From Armatimonadota bacterium (GTDB taxonomy: Bacteria > Armatimonadota > SYMT01), in NCBI GenBank assembly GCA_046292385.1, contig JBKBRF010000006.1, forward strand, positions 137,449 through 201,448: a stretch of DNA of 64,000 nucleotides, given 5' to 3'. The position numbers and the translations under genes were made by a program. Under the pieces are notes generated by a model. The model was not told the origin of the DNA. It searched no databases and saw only the letters and a list, made by a program, of their open reading frames with translations. Positions 58,613-64,000 of the stretch are shown here, one piece after another. Within the stretch, counting starts at the first letter, position 1; each line of letters begins with the position of its first letter.

Positions 58613-60760
58613 TTACGGGGCTACGACGGCCAGGCCGGCCTTCAGGAGCGCCTCGCGGATGCGCGCGACCGCGATCTCGCGCGGAGCGGAATCTTTCGAG
58701 AGAATCGCCACCGCCTTCTCCGCAAGCCGCCGGCGCTCCGGCTCGCTCAGGCTTTTCCCGCTGTTGATGATCACGGGGATATCCCGAGTCCGGGGATCCG
58801 CGCGCAGCTCGTCGAGTACCTGGAAGCCGGTCAGGTCCGGCATCACCAGATCGAGGAAGATCGCGGAGGGTAGTGCCGTCCGCGCCGCCCGAAGTCCTTC
58901 GTGCCCGGACGCTGCCTCGCAGACGGCGTACGGAGTGTCGCTCAGCAGGCCGCGGAGCAGGTAACGCGAGACCTCGTCATCATCGATAATCAGGATACTC
59001 GGCCGCCGCTCCCGGGCGGTCAGGTTCTGGAGCTGCTCCATCAGCCAATCCCGGGTGATCGGCTTGGCGTGGAAGGCGTCCGCACTGGCTTCCAGAGACT
59101 CTCGCTCTGCATCCAGCAGGGAGACCACCACCACCGGCACGCTGCGGGTCCGCTCGTCCCGCTTCAGCTCGGCCAGGAACGGCCACGCCAGGTCGGGCCC
59201 CATGACGATATCGAGCACCACCGCCGCCGGCACCTCCCTCGCCACCGCCTCCCGCGCCTCCGAGAGCGTGGTGGCGTGGGTCACCCGAAACTGGGAGCCC
59301 TGGAGCATCTGGTTGTAGACGCTTCGCATCCCGGCGTCGTCTTCTACCACCAGCAGCGGTCGCCGCTCGTCCAGTCCGCTCGCTCGTGCTCCCGGCACCG
59401 GCGCGGGCTCATCTCCCGCCGCGCTCGGGAGTACGCGAGGGATCACCGCGTGGAAGGTCGAGCCGACGCCGGGAGTACTCTCCACCCTCACAGAGCCGCC
59501 GAGCAGCTCCGCCAGCTTCCGGGAGAGGGGGAGCCCCAGTCCGGTACCCTTTACCTGTTTCTGCAGGCGGCTCTCCACCTGGGAAAACTCCTCGAAGATC
59601 CGCTCCAGATCCGCCTCCGCGATCCCGATGCCGGTGTCCGAGACCGAGAACTCGAACATGTCATCCCCCAGGAGCCGCGCGGAGACGCGGATCTCTCCGC
59701 GCTCGGTGAACTTGAGCGCGTTGGAGACGAAGTTGCGCAGGATCTGCGAGAGCTTTCCCTCGTCCGTAATGAGCTCGGGCAGGCTCCCATCCGATTCGAC
59801 GATCAGCGTCACCGCCTCGCTCTGTACCAGCGGGCGGAACATGCCGCGCAGGGCCCCGAACAGCTCCCCGACGCTCACGCGCGTGGGGTGGACGTCGATC
59901 TTTCCCGACTCGATCTTCGCCAGGTCGAGCAGGTCGTTCACCAGCTCGAACAGGTCGGTCGCAGACTTCCGGATAAAGCCGACCTGCCGCTCCTGCTCCG
60001 GGGAGAGCGGGCCGTCGGCGCGGTCGAGAAGCAGCCGGGAGAGCATCAGGATCGAGTTCAGCGGGGCCCGGAACTCGTGGCTCATGTAGGAGAGAAAGCG
60101 GGACTTCAGCTCGGAGGCCTGCTGGAGCGCGATCGCCTTTTCGTCGAGCTCCGCGTAGAGCGCCAGGACGCCGCGGTTGGTATCTTCCAGCTCCTCGTTC
60201 AGCCGCTGCACTTCCGCCTGCCGCTCGCGCAGCTCATCCAGCGCCCGCAGCAGCTCCTGGTTCTGCTGTTCCAGCTCCGAGACCGGATCGCCAACCGGCG
60301 AAGTCGCCAGCTCGCGGCCGATCCGAGAGATCACCTGCGGGGTGACGGGAGGAGCCGCCGGCGGCACGCGCTTGCTCATCGAAACCCGCGTGCCGCCGCC
60401 CGGCTCCGACTCGATCTGGAACGAGTCCATCAGACGCCGGGCGCCGACGATGCCCATCCCCATGCCGGTGCTGGACCGGTAGCGACCGGAGAGGACCGTA
60501 CTCAGCTGCTGGATGCCGGGGCCGCGGTCGCTAACCTCGATCCCGAGCGCCGGCGCGTCGGCCGCTTCCACCCGGTAGTCCACCCTACCGCCGCCGGCGT
60601 ACCGGAAGGCGTTGCGGGCAATCTCCGAGACCGCGGTGGCGATGCGGGTCTGCTCCTGGCCGCTGAAGCCGAGACCCTCCGCAATCTGCCGCGCTCGCTG
60701 GCGCGCCGCCACCACGTCCCGCTCCGTGCGCAGCTCCACGGTGAGCAAACTCGTGGTCAT
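58613..60760 (-). CDS. Hybrid histidine kinase with N-terminal RsbT-like ATPase domain and two receiver domains
   Basis: IATAVSEIARNA..DRGPGI; SHEFRAPL, NALKFT, GTGLGL; two REC domains. Confidence 0.92.
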   Translation of the reverse strand: MTTSLLTVELRTERDVVAARQRARQIAEGLGFSGQEQTRIATAVSEIARNAFRYAGGGRVDYRVEAADAPALGIEVSDRGPGIQQLSTVLSGRYRSSTGMGMGIVGARRLMDSFQIESEPGGGTRVSMSKRVPPAAPPVTPQVISRIGRELATSPVGDPVSELEQQNQELLRALDELRERQAEVQRLNEELEDTNRGVLALYAELDEKAIALQQASELKSRFLSYMSHEFRAPLNSILMLSRLLLDRADGPLSPEQERQVGFIRKSATDLFELVNDLLDLAKIESGKIDVHPTRVSVGELFGALRGMFRPLVQSEAVTLIVESDGSLPELITDEGKLSQILRNFVSNALKFTERGEIRVSARLLGDDMFEFSVSDTGIGIAEADLERIFEEFSQVESRLQKQVKGTGLGLPLSRKLAELLGGSVRVESTPGVGSTFHAVIPRVLPSAAGDEPAPVPGARASGLDERRPLLVVEDDAGMRSVYNQMLQGSQFRVTHATTLSEAREAVAREVPAAVVLDIVMGPDLAWPFLAELKRDERTRSVPVVVVSLLDAERESLEASADAFHAKPITRDWLMEQLQNLTARERRPSILIIDDDEVSRYLLRGLLSDTPYAVCEAASGHEGLRAARTALPSAIFLDLVMPDLTGFQVLDELRADPRTRDIPVIINSGKSLSEPERRRLAEKAVAILSKDSAPREIAVARIREALLKAGLAVVAP

Positions 60761-60762
60761 CG

Positions 60763-61776
60763 TCAGCTCCTCGTGGTCTCACGCGCGGCGAGCACCGTCA
60801 GGTCGTCCCGGCCCCGGTTGAAGTCCCGGTAGAGGGCGGCGGCAACGAGGCTGGGGTCCCGGCCCAGGAGGCCGGGGTAGCGGTCGAGGCGCCACTGGGT
60901 ACTGACGCCGTCCGAGCTCATCACGAGCAGTGCCCCCGCAGGCCAGGCGTAGGTGAACTCCTGTACCTTCCGCATCTGGTGCCCTACGGTACCGTTCATC
61001 GAAACCAGGCTCGTGCTCTTCCCGCTCGAGAGCACCACCCCCGCGATGTTCCCGACGCCGGCGTAGCGCAGCTCTCCGGTACCGCGGCGGAGCTCCGCGA
61101 TCGCCACGGCGGAGCCCCGGGTATGCCGGGTGCCGGCATGGATCTCCTCCAGCAGCTCGCCGGGGGACCGGCCGGGATTCTCTCGGACGATCTCGACGAC
61201 CGCCGAGGAGGCTTCTGCCGCGTAAAGGCCGTGCCCCAGGCCGTCCGCCACCACCAACAGGGCTCGATCGCCCTGGTCCAGCACCAGCCAGGAGTCGCCG
61301 CAGCGCTCCTCACCCTTATGCGGCAGGTTGACGACCCCCTGCCGGAGCCAGCCGCCGGCCGGACCGCCCGCGCGAACTCGCGCGACCAGGGTCGTGCCGA
61401 CTTCCGGGACGGAGTGGAGATCGAACTCGGACGACTGCCGCGAGATCGCCCCCAGGCCGGTTCCGGGGGTGCCGATGGTGGAGAATCCGTCGCGCAGGCA
61501 GGCGCTCACGTCGTACATGCCGGGACCGCGGTCGACGGCGACGATCTCCAGCAGGGGAGAGACCTTCGCTCCGGCGCGCAGCAGCAGCTCACCGCCGCGG
61601 GCATGCCGGGCCAGGTTGTTGCCGATCTCCGTCATCAGCAGGGCGACTCGACCCGCATCCGCGTCCGACATCCCGATGCGAGCCGCGAGCTGCGCCGCAA
61701 AGCGCCTCGCCTCGCCGACCTGGCTCTCGTCTCCGATGGTAAAGCCGGTCGTCTGGCCGACGCCGCTCACTTCCAC
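60763..61776 (-). CDS. rsbX: RsbX-like protein: HATPase fused to a SpoIIE/PP2C phosphatase
   Basis: EIGNNLARHA, DRGPGM, CGDSW, VADGLGHG, GVGNI, SDG, DDLTV. Confidence 0.8.
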   Translation of the reverse strand: MEVSGVGQTTGFTIGDESQVGEARRFAAQLAARIGMSDADAGRVALLMTEIGNNLARHARGGELLLRAGAKVSPLLEIVAVDRGPGMYDVSACLRDGFSTIGTPGTGLGAISRQSSEFDLHSVPEVGTTLVARVRAGGPAGGWLRQGVVNLPHKGEERCGDSWLVLDQGDRALLVVADGLGHGLYAAEASSAVVEIVRENPGRSPGELLEEIHAGTRHTRGSAVAIAELRRGTGELRYAGVGNIAGVVLSSGKSTSLVSMNGTVGHQMRKVQEFTYAWPAGALLVMSSDGVSTQWRLDRYPGLLGRDPSLVAAALYRDFNRGRDDLTVLAARETTRS

Positions 61777-62171
61777 CTCGTAATCGTCACGGTGGTTCCT
61801 TCCCCGGGCCGGGACTGGATGTCGAACTCATTGACCAGGCGGCGGGCACCGCCCAAACCGAGTCCCAGGCCTCCACCGGAGGTATACCCATCTTTGAGGG
61901 CCTGCTCGATATCGGCGATTCCGGGCCCCTCGTCCATAAACCGGAGACGGACGCCTTTGCGGATCCCCTCCTGAAGCAGCTCCAGCTCCACCTCGCCTCC
62001 GCCGCCGTACAGCAGGGTATTCCGCGCCAGCTCGCTGGCCGCGGTTACCATCTTGGTCTGGTCGACCAGGCTGAAGCCCTGCTTCTGCGCCCCCTCGCGG
62101 GTCGACTGCCGCACCGCCACGACGTCTGCCTGGGAGCGTATGGGGAGCCGTTCACTCCTGAGGACTGGCAT
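61767..62171 (-). CDS. rsbT: Stressosome serine kinase / anti-sigma regulatory factor
   Basis: [44 protein letters not shown]. Confidence 0.93.
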   Translation of the reverse strand: MPVLRSERLPIRSQADVVAVRQSTREGAQKQGFSLVDQTKMVTAASELARNTLLYGGGGEVELELLQEGIRKGVRLRFMDEGPGIADIEQALKDGYTSGGGLGLGLGGARRLVNEFDIQSRPGEGTTVTITRWK

Positions 62172-62547
62172 CCGCGGCGTCCTCGTCTTCTACTACTACG
62201 GAGCGCCTGAGCAGCTCCATGCCGCGCTCTACGTTCAGGGCGGTGCGCACGCCGGGCAGCGACAGCCCCAGCTCCACCAGGGTGATCGCGACCGCCGGCT
62301 GCATCCCCACGACTACGGTGTCGGCGTCCAGGATGCGGGCCATGGAAGCGATGTTCGCGAGGACGCGCCCGATGAACGAGTCGACCACCTCCAGCGACGA
62401 GATGTCGATGAGCACGCCCCGGGCACCGGTCTCGCTGATGCGGTTGGTCAGGTCATCTTGCAGCGTCAGCGCCAGGCGGTCGTGCATGTCGACCTGGATC
62501 GTAACGAGCAGGAAGGGACCCATCCGCAGGATCGGGATTCTCTCCAT
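62152..62547 (-). CDS. rsbS: Stressosome STAS protein
   Basis: [30 protein letters not shown]. Confidence 0.93.
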   Translation of the reverse strand: MERIPILRMGPFLLVTIQVDMHDRLALTLQDDLTNRISETGARGVLIDISSLEVVDSFIGRVLANIASMARILDADTVVVGMQPAVAITLVELGLSLPGVRTALNVERGMELLRRSVVVEDEDAADASPQE

Positions 62548-62563
62548 CTCTGCCTCCCGAATT

Positions 62564-63427
62564 CTACGCGCGCGCCCGGCCGCGGCTGATGGAAGCGCCG
62601 CTCCGCTGGAGGGCGAGGGTGAAGGCGTCCGCGAGGGTCGCCTTGGTGATGACGTCCTGCAGGTCGACCCCCAGGTGGACAATCGTCTGCGCGATCTGCG
62701 GCCGGATGCCACTGATGATGCAGTCCGCCCCCATCAGCCGCGCCGCGGTGACCGTCTTCAGCAGGTGCTGCGCCACCAGCGTATCGACGGTAGGCACGCC
62801 GGTAATGTCGATGATCGCCACCTCCGCGCCGGTCTCCACGATCATCTGGAGCAGCGTCTCCATCACCACCTGGGTCCGGGCGCTGTCGAGCGTGCCGATG
62901 ATCGGCAGCGCGAGGATGCCTTCCCAGAGCTTGACTACCGGGGTGGAGAGCTCCAGCAGCTCTTCCTGCTGGCGCGCGATCACCTCTTCGCGGGTCCGCT
63001 GGTAGATCTCGGTCACGAAGAGGCCGAGGTGGTCCAACAGCAGGGACGCGCACCAGGTCTCCGCGGCCAGCTCCTCGCCGCTGAGCTCCGCGCGGAGGCG
63101 GTCGAAGAGCGGTTTCTTGAACGAGAGGATGAAGGTGGCCGTCTGCGTCGGCGTGAACCCCTGCAGCGCCCGGTTGCGAGAGATCTCCGTCAGCAGTTCC
63201 CGCACGTCCCGGTATTCGGGAGCGTGGACGTTCTCCACGTTGCCGGCGTTCACCGCCTGCCGGAGCAGCCGCAAGAACTCGGAGCTTTGCCGACGCGACT
63301 CCGCCTCCGGGATCAGGTCGTCCCGCCGCACGCCGGAGCGCTGCTGCTCCGCCAGCCATTCCGAGAGGAGTGCCTGCTCGTGGGCGGCGAGGATGGACGG
63401 GATGCGGGTCTGCTGGGGGGCGCTCAT
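62564..63427 (-). CDS. rsbR: Stressosome sensor/scaffold (N-terminal globin-like domain plus STAS)
   Basis: [48 protein letters not shown]. Confidence 0.93.
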   Translation of the reverse strand: MSAPQQTRIPSILAAHEQALLSEWLAEQQRSGVRRDDLIPEAESRRQSSEFLRLLRQAVNAGNVENVHAPEYRDVRELLTEISRNRALQGFTPTQTATFILSFKKPLFDRLRAELSGEELAAETWCASLLLDHLGLFVTEIYQRTREEVIARQQEELLELSTPVVKLWEGILALPIIGTLDSARTQVVMETLLQMIVETGAEVAIIDITGVPTVDTLVAQHLLKTVTAARLMGADCIISGIRPQIAQTIVHLGVDLQDVITKATLADAFTLALQRSGASISRGRARA

Positions 63428-64000
63428 GCCGGATGGCTCCTGTAGCGGGTACTTCTCAATCCAGGGCAAGCGAGACAACGGCTCCAGGCGGGGCGGGGCA
63501 GGTACCACGAAACCGCCGGGGGTTGGCGGCGGAGGCGCAGCGGCAGGCCGGAGTGAGGCTCACTGTGGGGTATTATACCGGTGGCGTCATCGGCCGTATC
63601 GCCGCAGGTGTGGCCGCGGCATTTCTGCTTCGGGGCGAAGGCTAAGCTGCCGTTGTGCTCTGCCGCCTGCCGAGAAGCAGCGTCGATGCCGCGGGGCCGA
63701 CCCCGAGCCCTCGTCGGCCGATTCAGCTCCCCCGTTCGGGGGACAAGCCTCCCGCGACAAAGGCCTGGTTCACGGACCGCCGTCGAGCTACCGCCCCTGC
63801 GCCTAGATACCGTTGGCGGAATCAGCAGAGCGGGTTGTATCAGGGGGCACCGGGCACTTCGACGACATTCCCGCGTTGCGGGAAGCGGTGGCAAGTGTCA
63901 CACGCTGTAAAGTTACACCACTGGCGGCGCAGGCGAGATTTGCCGCCGTCCGCGGTTCGGGAGGGGCGGGAAAAGCTCGGCCGCCTTCGTTTCCCCATCC

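Noticed and set aside
63580..63960. Known riboswitch (c-di-AMP, ZTP) or 6S RNA
   Set aside because: Only short partial motif matches; required conserved elements not found

Overview
High-GC bacterial chromosomal window. The gene mix (TolC, PyrR attenuation, HrcA/CIRCE, prepilin-like genes, DUF1080, Uma2) fits a diderm Terrabacteria-type organism such as Armatimonadota, but that assignment is low-certainty inference. From left to right it contains: (1) a pyrR-pyrB-pyrC-carA-carB operon with a readable PyrR attenuator; (2) Uma2, methyltransferase and DUF1080 genes; (3) an unusual operon of an acidic protein, two ParA/MinD-type ATPases (one with a C-terminal membrane anchor), an atypical Hsp70 and a divergent GrpE-like protein, which is the best candidate for an undescribed system; (4) tandem FKBP genes and a quinone reductase; (5) a visibly lower-GC island bracketed by IS66 and IS630 remnants, encoding TolC, three unknown proteins (one with a Cys-rich tail) and a degenerate Lgt-like membrane protein; (6) CBS, TspO and ADP-ribosylglycohydrolase genes and a two-gene HEPN module; (7) a RodA/FtsW-PBP fusion plus TPR and FHA proteins; (8) a RuBisCO-like-protein operon matching oxidative D-apiose catabolism; (9) Fpg/Nei and a pilin-like trio; (10) CIRCE-hrcA-grpE without dnaK; (11) an RsbR-S-T-X stressosome module coupled to two hybrid histidine kinases. 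Intergenic spaces hold several families of palindromic REP/MITE-like elements, one nested inside another. I saw no rRNA, tRNA or CRISPR array. All family calls come from motif recognition by eye; no database searches were run.
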